DNA of 63,473 nt, filler included. It is 7 parts of 7 records of this genome, joined end to end, with 100 filler letters (N's around TTAATTAATTAA, not from the genome) between each part and the next. Parts side by side here need not be neighbours in the genome. Positions count along the whole stretch, not along the records: positions 25,947 to 37,151 come from SRR20825010_2352; positions 37,252 to 49,797 come from SRR20825010_2361; 5 more parts are not named here. One strand, written 5' to 3'. Below, piece after piece: positions 30,327 through 39,150 of this stretch (positions are counted from its first letter, which is position 1; each line of letters begins with the position of its first letter). The translations under genes were made by a program, and so were the position numbers. The notes below the pieces were generated by a model, which saw only the letters and a program-made list of their open reading frames with translations, had not been told where the DNA came from and searched no databases.

Positions 30327-31280
30327 ATGCGCCGCATCCTGATTATCAAACATGGAGCTTTCGGAGACGTCATCCAGTCGGAGGGTGCTCTTCGCGATAT
30401 CCGTGCCCATCATCCCGATGATGATATCAGCGTCCTGACCACACCGCCCTATCGTCGCATTTTCGAGCGCTGCCCTTGGGTTGACCATGTATTGGTAGAC
30501 AAGCGCGATCCGCGCTGGCGCCTCGATCTCATGGTCAAACTGCGCAAAACGCTGCAGGCGGGAAATTTCGACATGATCTATGATCTGCAGGATTCCGCCC
30601 GCACTGCCTCTTACTACAAATGGATTTTCAAAGGCGTGGACTGGTCAGGCACAGCACCGGGTTGCAGCCATCCTGTCCGCTTGAAAAACCCCAAGAAGCT
30701 TCGTTCGCTTGACCGTATGGCAAGCCAATTGAAAGATGCGGGCCTCACCATCCGTTATTCGCGCCGACCAGATGTGTCATGGATGGCCGATGACATGGAT
30801 GCGTTCCTGAAAGAGCAAAGCGTCACATCGCCATTCATCCTGCTCATTCCCGGCTGCTCCATCCGCCATCCGCAGAAGCGCTGGCCCTATTATGCAGAGC
30901 TTGCCGAAAGACTGATCGAGGAAGGCTTCCAGATCGTCACGGCCCCCGGCCCCGACGAACTTGATTTAGCTGCCACCATTCCCGGCATCACGCTCACAGG
31001 CCCGCGCGGCTTTCTCAATTGGTTCGAACTTGCCGGCGTAATGAAACGCGCCTCTTTCATCATCGGCAATGATACCGGCCCAAGCCATCTCGCCTCGCAT
31101 CTTGGTGTGCAGGGCCTGGCGCTATTCGGCGCGCATACAACAGCCGAGCGCACCGGCATCGAGCGGGACAATTTCGCCGCCATTGAAGTCACGCAGCTTT
31201 CCAGCCTGCCCGTCGCGCGCGTGCTCGACGAAGTGCATCTGCGCGTCAACTGTTCCGATCTCGCCAGATCAGGATCGTGA
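30327..31280 (+). CDS. Glycosyltransferase family 9 (heptosyltransferase-like)
   Basis: ILIIKHGAFGD, KRWP, GNDTGPSHLA; start at MRRIL. Confidence 0.88.
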   Translation: MRRILIIKHGAFGDVIQSEGALRDIRAHHPDDDISVLTTPPYRRIFERCPWVDHVLVDKRDPRWRLDLMVKLRKTLQAGNFDMIYDLQDSARTASYYKWIFKGVDWSGTAPGCSHPVRLKNPKKLRSLDRMASQLKDAGLTIRYSRRPDVSWMADDMDAFLKEQSVTSPFILLIPGCSIRHPQKRWPYYAELAERLIEEGFQIVTAPGPDELDLAATIPGITLTGPRGFLNWFELAGVMKRASFIIGNDTGPSHLASHLGVQGLALFGAHTTAERTGIERDNFAAIEVTQLSSLPVARVLDEVHLRVNCSDLARSGS

Positions 31281-31300
31281 GCAGACCTTAGGCGAAAGCC

Positions 31301-31711
31301 TTACTGGAATTCAGTGTAGGATTTTTCTTCAACAATGGACGAGCCTGTCAGAAGGTTGATTTCCTTCTTGATCGCGGCGCGCTTGTCGTTCTGCTTGTAC
31401 ACGGAGCGAGCAAGATCAATGAAAGTCTGGCCGAAATCCTTATCCGCCTCGCACTGGCGAATATCATCTTCGATCACCCACAAAGCCTCGTTGACAGCTT
31501 TCAGGTCGGCTTCCAGCTTGTCGATAGCCGCACCGGCGGGGATATGCGCCCTGCGCGCTGCATCTAGCACGCTCAGTTCGTGCCGCACATTCTTCAGCTT
31601 GCCTTCGTCGCTCATACGCTCGGATTTGATCTGGAGAATAGTGATTTTATCAATCAGTTCGCCCGGACCGACATCGATCAGAATGGGTTTTGTCTCGTTG
31701 TTCTGGCTCAT
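31301..31711 (-). CDS. DUF6165 family protein
   Basis: GELIDKITILQIK, VNEALWVIEDDIR, LARSVY..ND.RA..K..IN, EEKSY; GAGGA RBS. Confidence 0.75.
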   Translation of the reverse strand: MSQNNETKPILIDVGPGELIDKITILQIKSERMSDEGKLKNVRHELSVLDAARRAHIPAGAAIDKLEADLKAVNEALWVIEDDIRQCEADKDFGQTFIDLARSVYKQNDKRAAIKKEINLLTGSSIVEEKSYTEFQ

Positions 31712-31849
31712 CTGGTCCTCTTGCGGCACACGCTACGCTCTATCAGCTTGCCGCTTTTATAGCCAAGGGAGGCATCCCCATGCCAGAATGTTTTTGACCA
31801 GCCGCTTTTTTGTCGGAAATTCAGACGTTTTTTGTGAGTAACCCCAAGT

Positions 31850-32191
31850 ATGTCGCTGATTTCACGCCTAGTTGATCAGGTCCGCAGCAAACTCTCCGAG
31901 CCGGAGCAGCGCGCGGCCACCCGTGAGAGCGACCCATGGCTCTTCGTGGAAATCGACGGGATCGAGCACAGAGCACGCGACTGGTCGGCAGGTGGTGCCT
32001 GCATCGCAGGTTGTGTGCTTGATCTCGCTATCGGCCAGATGGTCACCGGCCATCTGCGCTGGCACAAGCGCGATGCGGGCCACACCTTCACGGCTGAGAT
32101 CATGCGCATTGATCTGGGCGGCGAAATTGCACTGCGATGGCTCGATCTGCCCGACAAGATATTGTCCGACATGGAACCCGTCGAAGGCTGA
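31850..32191 (+). CDS. Single-domain PilZ-like protein
   Basis: RAATR (RxxxR) and DWSAGG (DxSxxG) motifs followed by beta strands. Confidence 0.65.
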   Translation: MSLISRLVDQVRSKLSEPEQRAATRESDPWLFVEIDGIEHRARDWSAGGACIAGCVLDLAIGQMVTGHLRWHKRDAGHTFTAEIMRIDLGGEIALRWLDLPDKILSDMEPVEG

Positions 32192-32300
32192 CGCTGCGGA
32201 ATTTCACCACCCCTCGCATGATCATTTCAGGCCGGTTAGTCTCCTCCCAACGCCATTTCAAAACCCACGTAATTTCAAAAATGTCTCGGGAGGACAGATC

Positions 32301-33125
32301 ATGGCCACAGCCAGCACATCACAGCCCTATGAAACTCTGCTCATCGAAAAGGAAGGGCCGGTCGATTGGGTCACGCTCAACCGACCCGACATGCTCAATG
32401 CGATCAATCCGAAACTGACGGAAGAGTTGCAGGATTATTTCGGCAAGCTCTACACAGACCAATCTGTGCGCATTGTCGTTCTCAAAGGTGCAGGCCGCGC
32501 CTTCTGCGCCGGTCTTGATCTCAAACATCGCGAAAGCTCCAGCGAGAACAGCTCCGGCGGTGTCGTAACGGGGCTTCGCACACAGCGCTCTATCAGCGAA
32601 ATCGTCATGAAGATGCGCCGTTGCCCGCAGGCCATTATCAGCCTCGTGCATGGCCCGGCCTGTGGTGGCGGCTTTGCCTTCGCGCTGGCCTCCGACATCC
32701 GCATCGCAGGTGCCAGCGCCCGCATGAATGCCGCCTTCATCCGCATCGGCCTTTCCGCTTGCGATATCGGCGTTTCATACTTCCTGCCGCGCCTTGTCGG
32801 CGTGTCGGTGGCCTCCGAGCTCATGCTGACGGGCCGCTTCATCAATGCCGAACGCGCTCTCCGTGTAGGCCTCGTCTCCGAAGTCGTCGAAGACGACAAG
32901 ATGGTCGATGCCGCCCGCGTCTATATTGACGAAATGCTGGGCACCTCGCCCATCGGCCTGCGCCTCACCAAGGAATGCCTGAATATGTCAGTCGATGCCG
33001 GAAGCCTCGAAGCCGCCGTCGCCATGGAAGATCGCAACCAGATCCTTGCCAGCCAGACCAATGACTTCAAGGAAGGTATTGCCGCCTTCCTGCAAAAGCG
33101 CAAACCATCCTTCACGAATTCGTAA
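32301..33125 (+). CDS. Enoyl-CoA hydratase/isomerase family protein
   Basis: LNRPD..NA, FCAGLDL, GPACGGG, AFLQKRKP; GGAGG RBS before MATAS. Confidence 0.92.
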   Translation: MATASTSQPYETLLIEKEGPVDWVTLNRPDMLNAINPKLTEELQDYFGKLYTDQSVRIVVLKGAGRAFCAGLDLKHRESSSENSSGGVVTGLRTQRSISEIVMKMRRCPQAIISLVHGPACGGGFAFALASDIRIAGASARMNAAFIRIGLSACDIGVSYFLPRLVGVSVASELMLTGRFINAERALRVGLVSEVVEDDKMVDAARVYIDEMLGTSPIGLRLTKECLNMSVDAGSLEAAVAMEDRNQILASQTNDFKEGIAAFLQKRKPSFTNS

Positions 33126-33162
33126 GAAAGAGATTGACTAAAATTTACCTTTTCCCAATGCA

Positions 33163-33197
33163 GGGCGGCGACAATAGGCAATTCGCCGCCCAATTTT
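33163..33197 (+). terminator. Possible terminator hairpin after enoyl-CoA hydratase
   Basis: GGGCGGCGA...TCGCCGCCC 9-bp stem, weak T tract. Confidence 0.35.
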
Positions 33198-33210
33198 GCT
33201 AGGGATATCC

Positions 33211-33801
33211 ATGTCCGGCTTTCAGCTTAGGACCATAGCCACGTCCGAGAATGTGCCCTTTCGCTCAGATAAGAGCCGGGCGCTTCTCGATCATTGGCAA
33301 ACCTTGCGCGGTCAAGGTCCGGTGCCACGCGCCGAGGATATCAACCCCGGTTCGATGAAAACCTTGCTGCCGGAAATTTTCATTTTCGAACTGCCGGACG
33401 AAAATACGGTGCGCTACCGCCTGGCCGGCACACAAGTCGTTGCCCGCATGGGGTTTGAGCCCAAAGGCATGAACCTGCTCGACTTCACCCCGCCCGATGC
33501 CCGCGACGATATCGGCCATGCGTTTACATTGGTCTCACACCATAAGGTTGGCGGACTGGCACATTTCTCTGCTGCAACGGACACAGATCAGCACAGAGAG
33601 CTGGAACTGACGCTCCTGCCCATCGTCGCGCCGGAGGGCCAACCCCCGCGCATTCTAGCCATCGCAACTCTTTTGGCCATCGACTCTTCCCTCGCAGAGG
33701 GTGGCAAAACACGTCTTTTCGGCGAGGACGTAGAAAATGCGATCATTTTCGACCTCGGCTTCGGGCTCCCACCCGAACTGATGGGCGACACAGCGAACTG
33801 A
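33211..33801 (+). CDS. PAS_5 (DUF1457-type) domain protein
   Basis: LLDHWQTLRG..VP...DI.P, YRLAGT, ELTLLP pattern. Confidence 0.75.
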   Translation: MSGFQLRTIATSENVPFRSDKSRALLDHWQTLRGQGPVPRAEDINPGSMKTLLPEIFIFELPDENTVRYRLAGTQVVARMGFEPKGMNLLDFTPPDARDDIGHAFTLVSHHKVGGLAHFSAATDTDQHRELELTLLPIVAPEGQPPRILAIATLLAIDSSLAEGGKTRLFGEDVENAIIFDLGFGLPPELMGDTAN

Positions 33802-33846
33802 TCACCCGCTTTCGTGCTAGGCTCCCGAAAACTTCGGAAACATGCC

Positions 33847-34299
33847 ATGCGCCTCGTCGCCTTCCTCGCCATCCCGATCGGCCTTGCGGTCACATCACCA
33901 GCATCAGCGCTCGATCAGGCCGGTTACAAATCCACAATGACCGAACTCGACGCCAACGAGACCCTGATCCGCGAAACCGCCTCGGCGCTCGCAAATGGCA
34001 TGTCGCAAGCCGATGCCAAATCCCGCCTGCCCCATTTGAAAGAACGCCTGCAATGGATGCGCGACACCAAAGTCGCAGCCGCCCGCGTGGACACGCGCCA
34101 CACATTGCGAACCCGCAACGCCGAAAGCCAACGCGCCCGCTGCATCATCATGCGCGCAGGCCTGATGGACGCGAGCTTTCAGGATGTGATGGTGAATGTC
34201 TCGATGAAGGCGCGGGAAGAACCGGACACCATGCTCATCCCCGCCTCAGCTACTCCAATTCCGCCAAGCAACGCCATTTTTCGTTGCGGTAACCTGTGA
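33847..34299 (+). CDS. Hypothetical exported protein
   Basis: Signal-peptide-like start MRLVAFLAIPIGLAVTSPASA; fills the gap between neighbours. Confidence 0.55.
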   Translation: MRLVAFLAIPIGLAVTSPASALDQAGYKSTMTELDANETLIRETASALANGMSQADAKSRLPHLKERLQWMRDTKVAAARVDTRHTLRTRNAESQRARCIIMRAGLMDASFQDVMVNVSMKAREEPDTMLIPASATPIPPSNAIFRCGNL

Positions 34300-34415
34300 A
34301 TTCGTGACCAGCCCGCCATCAGATTGATATAGGTTTCCCCCTCGACAAATCCCCAATTCCGTGGCACTTTCCGCCGCGTTTTACTTACATTCCTGAAAGC
34401 ATTTGGAGGCACGCG

Positions 34416-36266
34416 ATGCCCACTTACAAGGCGCCGGTCGAAGATTTCCTGTTCCTTTTCCATGAACTTCTCGGCATCGAGAAGCGGACCGATCTGCCGG
34501 GTTTTGCCGAGCTGACGCCCGACATGACGAGCGCCATTCTCGAAGGCGGCGCGAAATTCTGCGAGGAAGTCCTCCAGCCCCTCAACCAGTCGGGCGACGA
34601 AGAAGGCTGCTACCTCGAAAACGGCGTCGTGCGCACGCCCAAAGGTTTCAAGGAAGCGTTCAAAGCCTATGCCGATGGCGGCTGGAACAAGCTTGGTGTG
34701 GCCGAAGAACTGGGCGGCGCAAACCTGCCCTCCGTCATCACCTTTGCTTTTTCTGAAATGGGCTCGTCCTCCAATCAGGCTTTCGCCATGTATCCCGGCC
34801 TGACAGGCGCAGCGCTCGGCGCACTCTGGGCCACAGGCGAGGACTGGATGCGCAAGCATGTCGCCCAGCCCATGGCCGATGGCGACTGGGCCGGCACCAT
34901 GTGCCTGACCGAGCCCCATTGCGGCACCGACCTCAAACTCATGAAGACCCGCGCCACCAAACAGGAAGACGGCTCCTATCGTCTTTCGGGCACCAAGATC
35001 TTCATCTCCGGTGGCGATCAGGACATCACCGACAACATCATCCACATGGTCATCGCCAAATTGCCGAACGAAGAAGGCAAATATGTCGATGACCTCTCCA
35101 CCGTGAATTTCTTCATGGTGCCCAAAATGCTGGTCGATGAAGAAACCGGCAAAATCCTCGGCCCGAACAATGTCTCCGTTGGTGCCGTCGAAAAGAAAAT
35201 GGGCATCAAGGGCAACGCCACTTGCGTCATGAATTTCGACAATGCCGTCGCCTATCACCTGAAAGGCCGCACACCCGAAAAGAAGACCGAGGACGGCAAG
35301 GTCGTGAAGTCGAAATCAGCTGGCATGGCCGGCATGTTCGGCATGATGAACGGCGCACGTATGGGCGTCGGCATTCAGGGCATCGCCGCTGGCGAAGTCG
35401 CCTACCAGAACGGTGTTGCCTATGCCAATGACCGCCTCGCCGGTCGCTCACTTACGGGTGCGAAAAACCCGGACGGCCCCGCCGATCCGATCATGGTCTT
35501 CCCCGATGTGCGTCGTTTGCTCATCTCGTCGCGCGCCTTCGTCGAAGGTGCCCGTGCGCTGGCCATGTATGTCTCGTTCCTCTTCTCGGTCTCGCGCTCC
35601 TCGACCAACGATGCCGAACGCCAGGAAGCCGAAGACCTCGCCCAGCTCTTCACGCCGGTCATCAAAGCCTATTTCACTGACAAGGGCTTTGAAGCCGCCA
35701 ATGCCTCGATGCAGGTTTTCGGCGGTCACGGCTATATCCGTGACAATGGCATGGAACAGTTCGTGCGCGATGCACGCATCAACCAGGTCTATGAAGGGGC
35801 CAACGGCATTCAGGCGCTCGATCTCGTCGCGCGCAAAATGACGTCCAAAGGTGGCCGCGCCACCATGACATATTTCGCCAAGCTCGAAGCCTTCATCAAG
35901 GAAAACGAAGGCGATGCGGAAATGAAGCCCTTTATCGACGGGTTGAAGACCGGTTATGGCCGCCTCGGCGATGCTGCTGGCTGGCTCATGGAAAACGCAC
36001 CGAAGAACTACGATCACGCCGGCGCCGCTTCCTATGACATCCTCAACATCTTCGGCACAGTCACACTGGCCTGGATGTGGGCGCAGATGGCCAAAGTCTC
36101 GCTTGCCAAGCTCAAGGAAGGCACGGGCAATCCCGACTTCTACAAGCGCAAGCTCACACTGGCGCGCTACTGGATGGAACGTGAAGTTCCCATGACAGCA
36201 GGCTGGCTGGAACGCGCCAAAGCGGGCGCAGATGGCCTGATGGAACTGGATGCCGTGAATTTCTGA
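34416..36266 (+). CDS. Acyl-CoA dehydrogenase
   Basis: TMCLTEPHCGTDL, GTKIFIS, KMGIKG, QVFGGHGY, YEGANGIQALDL. Confidence 0.94.
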   Translation: MPTYKAPVEDFLFLFHELLGIEKRTDLPGFAELTPDMTSAILEGGAKFCEEVLQPLNQSGDEEGCYLENGVVRTPKGFKEAFKAYADGGWNKLGVAEELGGANLPSVITFAFSEMGSSSNQAFAMYPGLTGAALGALWATGEDWMRKHVAQPMADGDWAGTMCLTEPHCGTDLKLMKTRATKQEDGSYRLSGTKIFISGGDQDITDNIIHMVIAKLPNEEGKYVDDLSTVNFFMVPKMLVDEETGKILGPNNVSVGAVEKKMGIKGNATCVMNFDNAVAYHLKGRTPEKKTEDGKVVKSKSAGMAGMFGMMNGARMGVGIQGIAAGEVAYQNGVAYANDRLAGRSLTGAKNPDGPADPIMVFPDVRRLLISSRAFVEGARALAMYVSFLFSVSRSSTNDAERQEAEDLAQLFTPVIKAYFTDKGFEAANASMQVFGGHGYIRDNGMEQFVRDARINQVYEGANGIQALDLVARKMTSKGGRATMTYFAKLEAFIKENEGDAEMKPFIDGLKTGYGRLGDAAGWLMENAPKNYDHAGAASYDILNIFGTVTLAWMWAQMAKVSLAKLKEGTGNPDFYKRKLTLARYWMEREVPMTAGWLERAKAGADGLMELDAVNF

Positions 36267-36288
36267 TCATCGGCACAGGCAAAACAGC

Positions 36289-36318
36289 AAAGGCGCTTCT
36301 CACGAAGCGCCTTTTTTG
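36289..36318 (+). terminator. Rho-independent terminator
   Basis: AAAGGCGCTTC-TCAC-GAAGCGCCTTTTTT just after the acyl-CoA dehydrogenase stop. Confidence 0.8.
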
Positions 36319-36390
36319 TACCTATACGCCCTATCGCAGCCCGCCACTTCACGGCACAATCATGCCTCATCATCTTAAGGTAGACAGCTC

Positions 36391-37151
36391 GTGACCCCCG
36401 TACCGCTTCCCCCACCCCACGAAGGCGCATCGCTGCTGCTCCCGATCGTCTTTCTGGCAGCCTCCGTCATCGCTGTGCCGCTCTTCAAGCGGCTGAAGCT
36501 GGGATCGGTTGTCGGCTATCTGGCGGCAGGCATCGTCATTGGTCCTGCGGGTCTGTCCTTCTTCAACGATCCTGAATCCATCCTTGCTGCTGCCGAACTC
36601 GGCGTCGTCATGCTGCTCTTTATCATCGGACTGGAGCTGAAACCCTCGCGCCTCTGGTCGATGCGCCGTGATATTTTCGGCTTCGGACTGTCACAAATCA
36701 TCATTTGTGGCGCGGCCATCGCCGTGGTCGCCCACCTGCTCGGCCTCGATTGGTCCGCCGCCATTGTAATCGGTTCCGGCCTCGCGCTGTCGTCTACCGC
36801 CTTTGCCGTACCTTTGATGGAAGAACACAGCGAGCTGACCCAGCCACACGGGCAACGTGCTTTCTCCATTCTGCTCATGCAGGATCTCGCCATCGTGCCG
36901 CTTCTGGCCCTCGTCACCTTTATGGCGCAGGGCGACAAGGCAAGCGCCAGCTGGACGCAAACATTGGGCGTGCTGGCCGCTGTCGCGGTCGTTATCCTCT
37001 CCGCCCGCTATCTGCTGAACCCGCTGTTCCGCTTCCTTGCCAATTCCAATGCGCATGAAATCATGACCGCCGCCGCTCTGCTGGTCGTGCTGGGTGCCGC
37101 CTTCATCATGCAGGCGGCAGGCCTCTCCATGGCCATGGGCGCGTTTCTCGC
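36391..37151 (+). CDS. CPA2 K+/H+ antiporter, KefB/KefC-like (3'-truncated)
   Basis: GYLAAG..IGP, AELGVVMLLFIIGLELKP, LSSTA, LLMQDLA. Confidence 0.9.
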
Positions 37152-37251
37152 NNNNNNNNNNNNNNNNNNNNNNNNNNNNNNNNNNNNNNNNNNNNTTAAT
37201 TAATTAANNNNNNNNNNNNNNNNNNNNNNNNNNNNNNNNNNNNNNNNNNNN
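37152..37251. other. Artificial contig spacer
   Basis: 44 N + TTAATTAATTAA + 44 N. Confidence 0.99.
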
Positions 37252-37530
37252 CGGGTGGAAGGTGATGTAGCTGGCGCCGGCATCGATGAACATCCGGATC
37301 AGGTCGTCTACCGGTGATACCATCAGGTGCACGTCAATTGGAGCGGTAACCCCGTGTTTACGCAATGCTTCGCAGACCATGGGCCCGATGGTCAGGTTGG
37401 GTACGTAGTGGTTGTCCATGACATCGAAGTGGACAATGTCGGCGCCGGCGGCCAGTACGTTATCGACTTCCTCGCCCAGTCGGGCAAAATCGGCTGACAG
37501 GATGGACGGGGCAATCTGGAAAGGGTTCAT
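37252..37530 (-). CDS. rpe: Ribulose-phosphate 3-epimerase (3'-truncated)
   Basis: [30 protein letters not shown]. Confidence 0.95.
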
Positions 37531-37589
37531 GACGGCTCTCTTGAACGGTTTGATAGTGATATCGACGATGGCGCGTACAGCGGTTTTCT

Positions 37590-37632
37590 CTGTAAAAGCC
37601 TGCAAAAGGCTGCAAGAGTCTGCAAAGGCTGC
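37590..37632. repeat. Tandem 10-bp repeat (about 4 copies, CTGCAAAAGN)
   Basis: CTGTAAAAGC CTGCAAAAGG CTGCAAGAGT CTGCAAAGGC in the rpe/DUF3530 divergent spacer. Confidence 0.75.
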
Positions 37633-37697
37633 TGGGCCGCAAAGCTGCTAGTCTACCAGTTTGATGGTGATTTTTCGCACGGAATGAGTGACAGCCT

Positions 37698-38717
37698 GTG
37701 AGCAAATGGATTAAAAAACCGGTTGTGCAATGTCGGGTCATCCTGGCCTGCCTTGTTGCTTTCTGGGCCTCGTTAGCGTTGGCGCAGGCACCGAAAGAGG
37801 CGCAGAAAGGCGCGCAGAACCCGACCGGGAAGGAAGCCGGGAAACCCTCCGGGGCGGCTGTTGAAAGGCCGTTGATATCAACGGGGCTCGATTCGGATGC
37901 AATCGCCCGGGCCTGGCCGGACTCGTCTGTATGGCTGGAGCCACCGGAAGAAGAACCGGTGCTGGCCCTGTTTGAGCCGGAAGCCGAGACGCCTGCGAAG
38001 GGCGCAGTGCTGATTCTGGCCGATGAGGGGCAATCACCCGCTTCCGGATTGGCCGCTGCCCTGCGACGGCCGATGGCACGTGCCGGTTGGGCGGTGATGG
38101 TACTTGGGCTCGAGATGCCGCCATACGAGGTACAGGAAGCGCGTCGACAACGGGGCTTAGAGGGGCCTGAAGAGGCGGGCGCGCCGGATACGGACGCCGC
38201 CGATGAAACGGGCGATAAACCTGGCGAGTCGGTGATGATCGATGTGATGGCCAGTGACGATGTCGAGGCCTTGGCAAACCAATACCAGGCACGCATTCAG
38301 AAGACCCTGGTCGCGGCGGCTGGCAACCTGGTTGGTCGTGGTTACAGCCGGGTGGCCATGGTGGGTGTCGGCCGGGCGGCTGGTCACGTCACCAGCGCGG
38401 CCATTGCCAGCGGGGGGCAGGATGTGTCGGCGCTGGTCTGGATTGCACCAGCGTTTAGTCAGAGCGATTCGAAAGCCCTGACGGAGTCGCTTGGTGAGTC
38501 TGGTGTGCCCAAAGTCCTGGAGCTCCACAGTGCCCGCAGTTCATTGGGCGCTGGCGGGATGGCTCAAAGGTCACCAAAGCAACGGGAGGCCGCATTCAGG
38601 CGGGCGGGGATTGCAGGCTACTCCCGACAACCTGTCGCAATGACTGAACAGCCACAACCCAGAGAGGCGCAGGCGCTTACCAACCGCATTTCAGCCTGGC
38701 TTGACTCCGAACGCTAG
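37698..38717 (+). CDS. DUF3530 family exported alpha/beta-hydrolase-like protein
   Basis: Signal peptide, KGAVLIL, LRR....GW pattern; nucleophile elbow degenerate (GVGRAA). Confidence 0.65.
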   Translation: MSKWIKKPVVQCRVILACLVAFWASLALAQAPKEAQKGAQNPTGKEAGKPSGAAVERPLISTGLDSDAIARAWPDSSVWLEPPEEEPVLALFEPEAETPAKGAVLILADEGQSPASGLAAALRRPMARAGWAVMVLGLEMPPYEVQEARRQRGLEGPEEAGAPDTDAADETGDKPGESVMIDVMASDDVEALANQYQARIQKTLVAAAGNLVGRGYSRVAMVGVGRAAGHVTSAAIASGGQDVSALVWIAPAFSQSDSKALTESLGESGVPKVLELHSARSSLGAGGMAQRSPKQREAAFRRAGIAGYSRQPVAMTEQPQPREAQALTNRISAWLDSER

Positions 38718-38724
38718 AAAACCA

Positions 38725-39012
38725 TCAGCCACCCACGGCGGTGGATGAGCCGATGACAACGCCACCACAGCTGACGGCATCGCCGGTCAGGGCGGCCGGT
38801 TTGCCTTCTATCATCACCGTCGGGCTGCCAGCTGCAATGGCGCGGGGATGTGGTGGATGCTTGGGCTTGGAGTGCATGGCAAGCTGGTCGCCCAGCCGCG
38901 CAACGGGCTTGCCGTCGATCAGTACAGTAGCGCTGCCGGTAATGACTGGGGTCGGGGGAAAGCCTTGGTGATCGGTTCCGATGTCGCCGAGCAGGACGAG
39001 TTTTTTACCCAT
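38725..39012 (-). CDS. PAAR spike-tip protein
   Basis: DGKPVARLGD and EGKPAALTGD repeats; three His plus Cys candidate Zn ligands; AAGGAG RBS. Confidence 0.92.
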   Translation of the reverse strand: MGKKLVLLGDIGTDHQGFPPTPVITGSATVLIDGKPVARLGDQLAMHSKPKHPPHPRAIAAGSPTVMIEGKPAALTGDAVSCGGVVIGSSTAVGG

Positions 39013-39150
39013 GGGAATGCTCCTTTTCAGTGGGTCTGCAGGCCGCTGGTCCGTGGGCCTGTCTTTAGTGTTTCTGTGCTTTTGTGCTTCTGTGGTGTGG
39101 TTCTGATCTCGGAGTTTAGCAAGCTTGGCGCTGAACTCAAAACGCCGGAT

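Noticed and set aside
31872..32300. Long N-terminal extension of enoyl-CoA hydratase (also the extended starts of mutL, metG, GT9, DUF2093)
   Set aside because: ORF-caller over-extension; family homology starts at later ATGs and the region holds the PilZ gene
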